Assembly: GCA_020348925.1 (NCBI GenBank)
Contig: CP070758.1
Span: 4,773,775 to 4,837,774, forward strand
Source: Gemmatimonadota bacterium
GTDB taxonomy: Bacteria; JBHIER01; G020348925
Direction of reading: 5' to 3'
DNA length: 64,000 nucleotides
The translations under genes and the position numbers were made by a program. Positions 52,268 through 61,323 of the stretch are shown here, piece by piece; position 1 is the stretch's first letter; the number at the start of each line of letters is the position of its first letter. The notes under the pieces are model-generated. The model saw only the letters and a list, made by a program, of their open reading frames with translations. It did not search any database and was not told the origin of the DNA.

Positions 52268-53032
52268 GTGGAGCATGTTCTGATGGAAGGTGTGAACAAA
52301 ACAGTTCTCGTTATCGCCAGAGATCAAGAGACGATCTCGTTTCTTACAAAACACATCGTGAAAAAATATGATCTCATCACGACATCTTCTGGGAAGGTTG
52401 GATTTCAAAGATTTTCGCAGATCAAGAATATTGACTTCGTCTTTCTGGACGATGAGTTATCAGATTTGAACGGTCTTCGTTTACTTCGCGGTATTCGCGA
52501 AATGGATAAGAACGTATCAATCGCCTTCATCAAGGAAGACGGTTCGGTCTTCATTGTTTCCGGAGAAGCCGAATACGGGTTCCCACTTTTTTTCAACAAG
52601 CCTTTCAAAGAGAAGGACTTGGAAAATATATTTTTGAATCTTGTGCCGACTCCTCACATGCAAGAGAGAGATGTTCAAAATGCTCTTGATTATATCGAAA
52701 AACATATGATGAAACGTATCACGGCGAAAGATGTTGCCAGTGCGTGTAATTTGAGCTATCGTCAGTTGGCCAGGAAATTTAGAAAGGCCTTGGGCATAAC
52801 TCTTATGGAGTATGTAAAACGGCTGCGTGTGCAGAAAGCCAAAGGGTTACTGCGGGGAAAAGCGATGTGGATTGATGACATTGCGGCTGTCCTCGGTTTT
52901 GCGGATGTCAGGGCATTCCGCAAAGCTTTCAAAAGCCTGACCGGCATGACGCCGAAACAGTATCAGACGCATGCGCACGAATTGAAGCCCGAGAACACCT
53001 CCTCTCGAAGACAACCTCCGTTTCAAATCTGA
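52268..53032 (+). CDS. Response regulator (degenerate receiver) with AraC-type HTH
   Basis: VFLDDELSDLNGL, NKPF, then ALDYIEKH...LARKFRK..G...IAAVLGF.D..AFRKAFKSLTGMTPKQY. Confidence 0.88.
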   Translation: MEHVLMEGVNKTVLVIARDQETISFLTKHIVKKYDLITTSSGKVGFQRFSQIKNIDFVFLDDELSDLNGLRLLRGIREMDKNVSIAFIKEDGSVFIVSGEAEYGFPLFFNKPFKEKDLENIFLNLVPTPHMQERDVQNALDYIEKHMMKRITAKDVASACNLSYRQLARKFRKALGITLMEYVKRLRVQKAKGLLRGKAMWIDDIAAVLGFADVRAFRKAFKSLTGMTPKQYQTHAHELKPENTSSRRQPPFQI

Positions 53033-53340
53033 CATTTTTCAAAAATTGATCCCAGCATAATCTTTCTCACATAAAAGTATACCGACCGCGTCAGGTTTTC
53101 TGAAACCATGTTACATAGGTGAAAACTTCACCATGCTCGTCAGAATATGAACCAGAGGCGTTCATATTTACAAAATTTGTTCATATTAAGAAATTGTACA
53201 AAAATTTTGGTGGCGTCCTAAAAATGGTTGCTTATAATGTTCTTTGACATATTGTAAGGTTTTGTAATTCCAAGTACTTTCCATAAGGTATTGGTCAAAA
53301 TAACCGGTTATTTGCCTCATGGGAGTCTTGGAATGCAAAA

Positions 53341-53440
53341 NNNNNNNNNNNNNNNNNNNNNNNNNNNNNNNNNNNNNNNNNNNNNNNNNNNNNNNNNNNN
53401 NNNNNNNNNNNNNNNNNNNNNNNNNNNNNNNNNNNNNNNN
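53341..53440. other. 100-N spacer (contig join)
   Basis: Exactly 100 N. Confidence 0.97.
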
Positions 53441-53567
53441 GATCTTTAGATTGGACTATCATATGAACCTCCATGAGAAAAAATGCAATGTTAAATGCGA
53501 ATATAAACCACAATCCTCATGGGGTCAAATGATACGAACATGAAGTAATTTCAATTGGTGTTGAAAA

Positions 53568-54098
53568 ATGTATAAATCTGATTGGGAACTCTATGAGTTA
53601 TTACTTCGAGAGGTTCAATATATGCACCAACGGTGGATTGATAACTTTCGTATTATTATCACATTTAATTCAATCCTTTTACCAGGTATGTTTGCGATTT
53701 TTCTTCTCATAGCGAAGACAGATGAACTGTCTGTTCAGGCTCAAAAAATAACTCCTTGGATACTGTTCATCCTATCCTTAGTTGGAGTTGTTGTTAATAT
53801 TGTTGGTCTCGCCTTAACTAATAGGAACCACATCATCACCGATCTTCGTAATAAAGAAATTGGGAAACTTGAGAAAAAATTTGGGGATGAATTATATTTT
53901 CATCCGTATCGTGAAGGACGCCTGTATTTAGAAGGAGAAGTTGAGAAAGTTAAATCAATGCAAGATGAAAAACATTGCAAGCTCTGGATAGGAAAATTAC
54001 GAGGTTATTGCGGATATTTAATTCTCGGAATTTTTTTCACTATTGTCTACTTAGCTATTTTGCTATATATATTGTTCGGTTTAAAACTTAATTGTTGA
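53568..54098 (+). CDS. Three-TM hypothetical membrane protein
   Basis: 176-aa AT-rich ORF with three hydrophobic segments. Confidence 0.75.
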   Translation: MYKSDWELYELLLREVQYMHQRWIDNFRIIITFNSILLPGMFAIFLLIAKTDELSVQAQKITPWILFILSLVGVVVNIVGLALTNRNHIITDLRNKEIGKLEKKFGDELYFHPYREGRLYLEGEVEKVKSMQDEKHCKLWIGKLRGYCGYLILGIFFTIVYLAILLYILFGLKLNC

Positions 54099-54127
54099 TT
54101 TAATCACCGTATGATATTTTTTAATCT

Positions 54128-55228
54128 ATGGCTAATAAAATTGATCCCGGTATTATAAATCGCATTGTTTATGCTAAGTACTTGTTTTGGCAGGGCAACG
54201 AAGTTCTTGATAAATCGTCTCCTTCCGCAGATGGATTAGCGGTCTTAAGTTATCAGGATGCGGTTGAAATGCTCTTGCGTGCCGTTGCTGAGCAACTAAA
54301 TGCAAGTATTAAAGAACAAGCTTCTTTTGACCAAATTATCGAAAAAATAGATAGTGCCCCTTTAAATACGCAAAATTATCAGATACCATACCGAACTTCA
54401 TTAAATCAGTTAAATAAAGCCAGAGTGAATTTTAAGCATTTTGGTCTTTTACCAAAAACAGTAGATGTCCAAAAATTCAGACGTGATCTTGAATTAGTGT
54501 TTCGGGATATAGTTTTTTCTTTTTTCAACCTCAATTTTGATGAAATTTCATTAGTCGAACTTATTAAGCATCATAGAATAAAGAACCATTTAAAAAAAGC
54601 AGAAAAAAGTCTCTCTTCAAACAACTTTGGCGATTCTATTCTTTTTGCTGCAAAAGCATATACTTTATTGTTTGGATACAATCGAAGCCTTGATCTCGGT
54701 ATAGATACTTTTACAAGAGTAGAAGATGAAAATATTGATTATGTATTTCAAATGATGAAGAGGCAACTTGAAGAACATCAATTACAAATTGATATTTTAA
54801 AATATGGAATCGATTTGGCCGACTACCACTATTTTAAGTCAATTATACCATTAGTCCAGCTTAATGCAGCAGCAATGTTCTTGGTCACCTATATTGGTGA
54901 ATATGAAGACAAAAATACATTTGAGAACGCCCAGTTTTGCCTTCGATTTGTTACAGATTCTGCCCTTAAAATTCAGCAGTATCCACAATTGCAAGAAGGT
55001 CACTTCTTCCGTGAATATAGGAAATTTGAGGTTCTGAAGGATACTGACATCATAGTATATCCTGATGGGGAAAGTGTTGAAATCATAAGGAGGGCAGAGA
55101 AAGGTGAGATACTTTCGGGATTCCATGAGAGCCACGACATTGAAGGTTATATAGCAATTCTACAAGACAATGAGCGAGCATATCTGGCTAAAGATGCGGT
55201 AAGGGAAATACCTCAAGACAAAGAATAG
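54128..55228 (+). CDS. Hypothetical protein with N-terminal HEPN-like region
   Basis: AVLSYQDAVEMLL...SFDQII...LNQLNKARVNFKH (R-x4-H). Confidence 0.65.
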   Translation: MANKIDPGIINRIVYAKYLFWQGNEVLDKSSPSADGLAVLSYQDAVEMLLRAVAEQLNASIKEQASFDQIIEKIDSAPLNTQNYQIPYRTSLNQLNKARVNFKHFGLLPKTVDVQKFRRDLELVFRDIVFSFFNLNFDEISLVELIKHHRIKNHLKKAEKSLSSNNFGDSILFAAKAYTLLFGYNRSLDLGIDTFTRVEDENIDYVFQMMKRQLEEHQLQIDILKYGIDLADYHYFKSIIPLVQLNAAAMFLVTYIGEYEDKNTFENAQFCLRFVTDSALKIQQYPQLQEGHFFREYRKFEVLKDTDIIVYPDGESVEIIRRAEKGEILSGFHESHDIEGYIAILQDNERAYLAKDAVREIPQDKE

Positions 55229-55491
55229 TGGAAGACTTGAATGATTTTCATCAAGGGAAAACTGATCGATTGACAACAGTATCCAGATCAGAGAAGGAGA
55301 AAAAATCTTGACAAGGGCAGTACAATTGCTTTTATTACATTCGATTTTAAATTCACAAAGGGGACAGACTAAATATGGAATTTCAACCGGACAAAGTCTC
55401 GAATAGTGTGAGAAAAAAACTCTCTGAGCCATATAAAACTATGCAATGTTTCAGGGGAAACTTCTCAGTCTGGGAGCTTCGAAGATATTAC

Positions 55492-55520
55492 TTGACAGAT
55501 ACACCTTAATATGGTATATT
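55492..55520 (+). promoter_or_regulatory. Sigma70-type promoter
   Basis: TTGACA-17 nt-TATATT with extended -10 TG. Confidence 0.8.
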
Positions 55521-55526
55521 ACAATA

Positions 55527-55909
55527 CATAGTGAATCTGCTGTTAAACTGTTGAAGTGAACTGGAAAGTGATGTTAATCCTGATTTAGTCAAATTACCAA
55601 TTATTCTCCTGGTTTATCTCCTTAATCCACATCTGGTTCTGATTTCTAAATAAAGAATTATTCATGAGATGCGAAGATGGTCACGGCTGCTATCTTCGTG
55701 TCGGGGGTCATGGCTGTCTCCGAGTAAATGAATCCTGTAGTGAAAGGAGGATTTTTCAGCAGGACAATTAAATTGACTTGATATTATTTGAAGATATCAA
55801 GTGACAGCGGGTGGGGACCTGGTTATGGCTGCCAGCTCTCCGTTGAGGTTATGAACGCCTCTTGTACGCTCTTTATGCTCATTGCAAAATGAGTGAGGGA
55901 GCGTTTTTT
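55527..55909 (+). ncRNA. Structured leader RNA/sRNA, copy A
   Basis: Hairpins at 55671-55699, 55701-55723 and 55813-55841 share loop T(C/T)A(C/T)GGCTG; a variant loop is at 55845-55861; ends in a terminator; homologous to 51905-52220 and 59900-60095. Confidence 0.6.
55866..55909 (+). terminator. Intrinsic terminator inside a 5' leader
   Basis: acgctc...gctcatt-gcaa-aatgagt...gagcgt-ttttt, 50 nt upstream of ATG 55960. Confidence 0.7.
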
Positions 55910-55959
55910 GTTCTTTGAGGACACAAACAGTCTGTAGTCAATATTGGAAAGAAACCGAG

Positions 55960-58900
55960 ATGTTCAAGAAGATTTTGATTCTGATAGGAATCATTGGAGG
56001 GATGGGCATGGCTCTGGTAGCTGATGAGATCGAGATCCAGGTACCTCAAAATGGTCAAACAATGAACATTCCTTCATTGGAAGAGAGAGTCAATCAGAGG
56101 CGTTTGCTGCAGACAGAAGGTCCAAGTGATATGTATTCCATCGAGTTCAACAAACCCATGACCCATCTCAATTCCACTGAGCTGGATTCCTTTATTGTTG
56201 CTACGATGGATGAATATCATATCCCCGGATTGGGTGCTTGCGTAGTCAAAGACGGCCAAATCATCTGGACCGGGGGGTACGGTTACGCCAATATTGAAGG
56301 CAATGTCGAAGTCGCAGATACGACTGTTTTTTATCAGGCATCTATTTCCAAAACCATCACGGGAACTGCTTTGATGCAACTCTGGGAAGATAGTCTTTTC
56401 GGATTAGATGACGATATTGATGACTATTTGCCATTCGAAGTGAACCATCCCCTTTACCCCGATGATCCTATCACTTTTCGGATGCTTCTAACTCACACAT
56501 CAGCCATTAAGGACAATTATTGGGGTGCCATGGCACCAGTGATTGTCCAGGGAGACTCTCCGATACCCTTGGGAGAGTACCTTGAGGATTATTTTGTTCC
56601 GGGAGGGACATATTACGACCCAGACGAGAACTTCCAATCCTGGCGTCCAGGAAGCGTTCATATATATAGTAATCTGGGTATTTGTTTAGCTGGCTATCTG
56701 GTGGAAGCGATCACAGGCATTCCTTTCGACGAGTATTGCCGGGATTCCATTTTCATACCATTGGGAATGAATGAAACTGCCTGGTTTCTGGCCGATCTGG
56801 ACACCAATAACATTGCCATGCCATATACTTATATTGAACAGAGCGATAAATATATCCCTTACGGGTACTATGGCCTCCCCTGGTATCCCTCAACAATGTT
56901 GATGACCAGCGCGCCTCAGCTTGGCCGCTTCCTGGCCGCTTACATGCAGTGGGGAGAACTGGATGGCCAACGAATCCTGGACAGCACCACAGTCGAATTG
57001 ATGATCACACCTCAGATTTCCTGGGTTGGACTGACTTGGTTTCGGGGCTATTTGACGACTGAGCACCATAGTAACGTGCTTGTCTGGGGACATGAAGGCA
57101 GTTACATCGGGGTCCGCACGATTATGTATTACGCGCCGGTGGAAAAAATAGGCGTTTTGGTCTTGGCCAACTTAGAGACTGAGAGTGGTTTGTGGCCTAT
57201 TTTTGACAAACTCTTCGACTTTGCAGCACCTGTTGACCCGAATATCGCCCTGTCGGCTACCAGTTATGATTACGGGGATGTGCCGATAGGAAGTTCCATC
57301 GACTGGGTATTCGCTATTTCCAATGATGGAGCTGCTGATTTGGTGATTACCCAAATCACTTCCGACCATTCCGACTTTGTGATAACATCTCCGGTCTTTC
57401 CTAGGACGGTCCCACCCGGAGGCGAGATCAGTGTAATGGTCACCTATACTCCATCAAACGTTGGCACGATGGAGGGCCAACTCAGTATCATCAGTAATGA
57501 TCCCGATGAGCCTATTGTAATAGTGGCTTTGCAAGGCGAGGGAGTAAAACCGCCAGACATTTCGGTTTCTCCAGATTCGTTGAGTGAGGATCTGTTCAAG
57601 GGCAATACAACAACCCAGACACTTACAATTTCCAATACAGGTAGAAGTGATTTGACTTTTGATATCTGGACAGAAGGACAAAATCAACAATATGCTCTAG
57701 AGTTTGATGGTATAAATGATTATGTTGGTATTTCGAATGGGGGGGGTATTGCAGGTCTGGATGAGGGAACAATAGCTTTGTGGGTTAAATGGATAGGCAA
57801 GCAAGATCATGGCAGTCCTGGATATGGTGTAGTATTGGGTAGGCAAAAGGATTACGTATTTACTAATCAAGTTATTACACTATCTTCAGATGATCCAAAT
57901 TCTGCAATGGTAATGTGGTATCCTTATACAGCTTTTGATGTTGCCATTACTTCGTCTACACCAGTGGGCAACGAACTTTGGAGATATATTGTCATAACAT
58001 ATTCATCTGGTAATCATAAACTATACATTGATGGAGAATTAGATGGAACTTCTGACATGTATGGTTCTGTGAACTCTGACATTGGTGTTCCTCTTACAAT
58101 AGGTGCTGGTATAGATGATATTGGTTCATACTCAAGAAGCCATATAGATGAAGTGGCAATCTGGAACATAGTACGCACCCAACCTGAAATCCAAGCGGAT
58201 ATGCATCGGGAAATCTCAGCCGGCGAACTGGGATTAGTGGGTTATTGGCGATTTAACGAAGGTTCAGGTATTACAGTCTTCGACCAGACACCCAACGGCA
58301 ACAACGGTGTACTCCACGGAGGGGTTACATGGGTGATCTCCTCCGCACCCATCACGGCTACTTGGTTATCTCTAGCACCCACTTCGGGCATCGTACCGGT
58401 GGATTCATTAATGGATATTGAAGTCACCTTTGATGCTACAGGTCTGGATGGTGGCGATTATTATGCTTGTGTCGTGGTTTCCAGTAACGATCCGGACGAA
58501 CCAGAAGTGATCATTCACCTCCATCTGAGGGTTGAGGCGAGTAGGGTCATTGTCAGTGTACCTACTATCGGTTCTCTGCCAGGAGATACAGCTCAAGTCT
58601 CACTTGATATGGATAATCTGACGTGGCTTGCTACGTCTATCGGTAGTTTCGAAACGGAGCTTGGCTTTGATAATAGTCTTTTGGAATTGGTTGGGATAGT
58701 CCCCGGAGAACGCGTCCAACATCTGGGCATATTTGAATGGAGTCTACTTGATCCAGGGATGGCAGCAATATCGATTTACGACACGACTGAGAATGTGATC
58801 GAACCCGGCTCAGGTGCGGTTGTGGAGATGTCCTTTGTAGTGAATGCTGCAGCTACTTTCGGAGCCAACGCCACGATCACAATTGTGAATGCTACACTGA

Positions 58901-59565
58901 CAGATGAAAGTGGAGATACTCTTGCCGTTGAGTCTTTAAATGGCATGATCAGCGTCGGGCTGAAAGGCGATGTCAACGCCGATGGACAGATCAATATTGT
59001 CGACGCCCTTATTGCAGTGAACATCCTGCTGGAGATTATGGTGCCCACCGATTACGAAGGTTGGGCGGCAGATTGCAATGGCGACGGCCAAGCCAACGTT
59101 TTGGATGTGGTTGGAATTGTGAATGTGATTTTGGGCCTTGGCGAGTGTGTACCGGGTATCTGCAAGTCCGAGTTGACCCCCGAGGCAATGGAGTTCATGA
59201 AGTTGTTGGAACCTTACTTCTCTGCTGCCGACTTCACTGAGTTTATGGCCTTGGTCAAAGCGGAGGTAGAAGCTCCGGCTGAGTATAGTCTGGTGCAGAA
59301 CTATCCCAATCCGTTCAATGCGCATACAGATATCAGATACCAGATAGCAGATGTCACCTCACCAGTCTACACTACTCTGAAAATATACAATATCCTTGGC
59401 CAGGAAGTGCGGACCGTTGTGGATGAAGTCAAAGAATCTGGCTATCACTCTGTCACCTGGGATGGAGAGGATCAGTTCGGAAATGGTGTGGCCAGTGGTG
59501 TCTACTTCTACCAGCTTAAAGTCGGGGACCTGACGGCAACCAAATGCATGGTTCTCATGAAGTAG
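55960..59565 (+). CDS. Secreted beta-lactamase-family serine hydrolase fused to Ig-like, LamG, cohesin-like, dockerin and FlgD/T9SS-like domains
   Basis: Signal peptide MFKKILILIGIIGGMGMALVA; SxxK (ASISK), LLTHTS, YSN, GHEG; SNDPDEP Ig modules; LVGYWRFNEGSG LamG; cohesin-like PGDTAQVSL...PGSGAVVEMSFVV; GDVNADG...DCNGDG; QNYPNPFN. Confidence 0.9.
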   Translation: MFKKILILIGIIGGMGMALVADEIEIQVPQNGQTMNIPSLEERVNQRRLLQTEGPSDMYSIEFNKPMTHLNSTELDSFIVATMDEYHIPGLGACVVKDGQIIWTGGYGYANIEGNVEVADTTVFYQASISKTITGTALMQLWEDSLFGLDDDIDDYLPFEVNHPLYPDDPITFRMLLTHTSAIKDNYWGAMAPVIVQGDSPIPLGEYLEDYFVPGGTYYDPDENFQSWRPGSVHIYSNLGICLAGYLVEAITGIPFDEYCRDSIFIPLGMNETAWFLADLDTNNIAMPYTYIEQSDKYIPYGYYGLPWYPSTMLMTSAPQLGRFLAAYMQWGELDGQRILDSTTVELMITPQISWVGLTWFRGYLTTEHHSNVLVWGHEGSYIGVRTIMYYAPVEKIGVLVLANLETESGLWPIFDKLFDFAAPVDPNIALSATSYDYGDVPIGSSIDWVFAISNDGAADLVITQITSDHSDFVITSPVFPRTVPPGGEISVMVTYTPSNVGTMEGQLSIISNDPDEPIVIVALQGEGVKPPDISVSPDSLSEDLFKGNTTTQTLTISNTGRSDLTFDIWTEGQNQQYALEFDGINDYVGISNGGGIAGLDEGTIALWVKWIGKQDHGSPGYGVVLGRQKDYVFTNQVITLSSDDPNSAMVMWYPYTAFDVAITSSTPVGNELWRYIVITYSSGNHKLYIDGELDGTSDMYGSVNSDIGVPLTIGAGIDDIGSYSRSHIDEVAIWNIVRTQPEIQADMHREISAGELGLVGYWRFNEGSGITVFDQTPNGNNGVLHGGVTWVISSAPITATWLSLAPTSGIVPVDSLMDIEVTFDATGLDGGDYYACVVVSSNDPDEPEVIIHLHLRVEASRVIVSVPTIGSLPGDTAQVSLDMDNLTWLATSIGSFETELGFDNSLLELVGIVPGERVQHLGIFEWSLLDPGMAAISIYDTTENVIEPGSGAVVEMSFVVNAAATFGANATITIVNATLTDESGDTLAVESLNGMISVGLKGDVNADGQINIVDALIAVNILLEIMVPTDYEGWAADCNGDGQANVLDVVGIVNVILGLGECVPGICKSELTPEAMEFMKLLEPYFSAADFTEFMALVKAEVEAPAEYSLVQNYPNPFNAHTDIRYQIADVTSPVYTTLKIYNILGQEVRTVVDEVKESGYHSVTWDGEDQFGNGVASGVYFYQLKVGDLTATKCMVLMK

Positions 59566-59865
59566 AGTGAAATCCTTGTTGATTGACGATGGACCATCTC
59601 GAATTCGATCACTTGGCGACTCTTTTTGCTACGACGTGGCCAGAAATCAGGGGTAATTTCTGTGGTTCTTATGAGAAACATTGATTTCACTATTAAAACC
59701 AAAAGTAATGTTATATTTGATAATAAAAACATTTAGGAGAAATTATCGCGATTTACTTAAAAATGTAGCGAATGTTATAAGAATTCATCACATTGATTAT
59801 TAATAAATTAATGAATGTTTTTAACGAAGTATTTTAATATGTGTATGAGAGGCGCACTAAAGCAC

Positions 59866-60095
59866 TTGACAGCCATAGAGAAGAATACTATGTTAACATT
59901 TCCAATGTTTTAGTTGTTTACCTTTAAAAGTGAACTGATACTTAGAGTTAATTCTGAACCGTCAATACTTAACTACTCGCCTGATCCGTCTGCTTCATCC
60001 ATAACATCCTGGTTCTGATCTTTTAAAGAAATAATGTGTTCGCCATATGCAAAAATGGACCCGACGACATTTTTAATCAATATTGGAATCAAACC
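59866..60095 (+). promoter_or_regulatory. Promoter plus partial leader RNA, copy B
   Basis: TTGACA-17-TATGTT, then aagtgaactg, gttaat.ctga, catcctggttctgat, hairpin aaaaatg/cattttt and tcaatattggaa..aaacc, all shared in order with copy A. Confidence 0.6.
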
Positions 60096-60307
60096 TCACA
60101 AAACAATTACCAGATTCATCATTTGTACAGTCTCGTTGAAGGACCATCAAAATATAGATAAAGTAAATTCATAAATATTGTTCGTATTTTGAGATTTGAC
60201 TTTCTTTGAGTGAAAGCTGAAGAGTATTGAACAAAACCTAACTTACAGAAATGGCCCTAAGTGGTCATTATCCTATAAAGGATATAGTTTGAAAATCCAG
60301 TGAGGTA

Positions 60308-61303
60308 ATGATTATGAAGTGGAAAGTGTATCTTTTCGTTATAGCTGTTTCTTGTTTCATGTTTAAGGGAAAAACTTCGAGCAGCGAGATAATAAAATTG
60401 GGCATGTTGCCAACTCAGAGGTCCGATTGGGGGAAGACTTTTGAGCAGATGAATTCGGAGTTAATTGAAAAGAGTGATGGTACATTGCAATTTCAATTCT
60501 ACTTTGGCAGAGACGAAAAAGAACTGATTAACTTACTTGAAAGTAAACAGATTGATGCAGTATCAGTCTCTGCTGCAGGTCTGGGTCAAATTATCCCAGA
60601 GATTTTCATATTTAATTTGCCTTTGATGTTTTCAACATATGAGGAATTTGATTACATTAGAGATACACTCACTCAGCATTTTTCAAATCTATTAGATAGT
60701 AAAGGTTTTACCATTTTAGGGTGGGGAGATTTGGGATTTACCTATCCTTTTTCAAAGGAGCCAATTAAAACCCAGACAGACCTTCAAAGAACAAAACTTT
60801 GGGCATGGGATATTGATCCGATAGCCAAAGCATTTGCCACTGGATCGGGACGCGAGCCAGTTCTGTTACCCATTCAAAGCGTACTCTCCTCGTTATCAAA
60901 AGGAGACATCCAGACCGTTTATGGCCCCCCTCTCGCTTGTATTGTTTACCAATGGCATACTGAAATACGGTACATGACTGACCTACGTGTTGCAGTCGGA
61001 TTGGGCGCAACAATAATTCAAAAAAGTCGAATTGAAACCATTTCAAGTGATAATGAGCGCCTCCTGAAGAATATCGCAAAAAAATACCATGAACAACTTG
61101 TTGTCAAAATCCGCAGAAGAAATGAAGAATCTGTTGATGTACTTAAAGAACAAGGAATTGAAATTATCTCAGTTCCGCATCAAGAGAGACAGAAATGGAA
61201 TCAGGTGGCAATGAAGGTGCAAGATCAATTTATTGATCGACTCTATGAGAAAGAATTATTAGACAAAGTCAAGAGCTTATTGGAAGAGTACAGAAGAAAA
61301 TAA
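60308..61303 (+). CDS. dctP: TRAP transporter substrate-binding protein (DctP family)
   Basis: IKLGMLP..SDWGK, LPLMFSTYEEFDY, GFTILGWGDLGF..PFSKEPIKT..DL, VLSSLSKGDI. Confidence 0.85.
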   Translation: MIMKWKVYLFVIAVSCFMFKGKTSSSEIIKLGMLPTQRSDWGKTFEQMNSELIEKSDGTLQFQFYFGRDEKELINLLESKQIDAVSVSAAGLGQIIPEIFIFNLPLMFSTYEEFDYIRDTLTQHFSNLLDSKGFTILGWGDLGFTYPFSKEPIKTQTDLQRTKLWAWDIDPIAKAFATGSGREPVLLPIQSVLSSLSKGDIQTVYGPPLACIVYQWHTEIRYMTDLRVAVGLGATIIQKSRIETISSDNERLLKNIAKKYHEQLVVKIRRRNEESVDVLKEQGIEIISVPHQERQKWNQVAMKVQDQFIDRLYEKELLDKVKSLLEEYRRK

Positions 61304-61323
61304 CCATAACTTCTATAGAATCA

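Noticed and set aside
55700-55860. Possible c-di-GMP-I or c-di-AMP riboswitch in leader A
   Set aside because: Only short look-alike words (gtgacagcggg, tgaatcc); the diagnostic GGCAAA...GAAA...GACGCAAA or ydaO core was not found.
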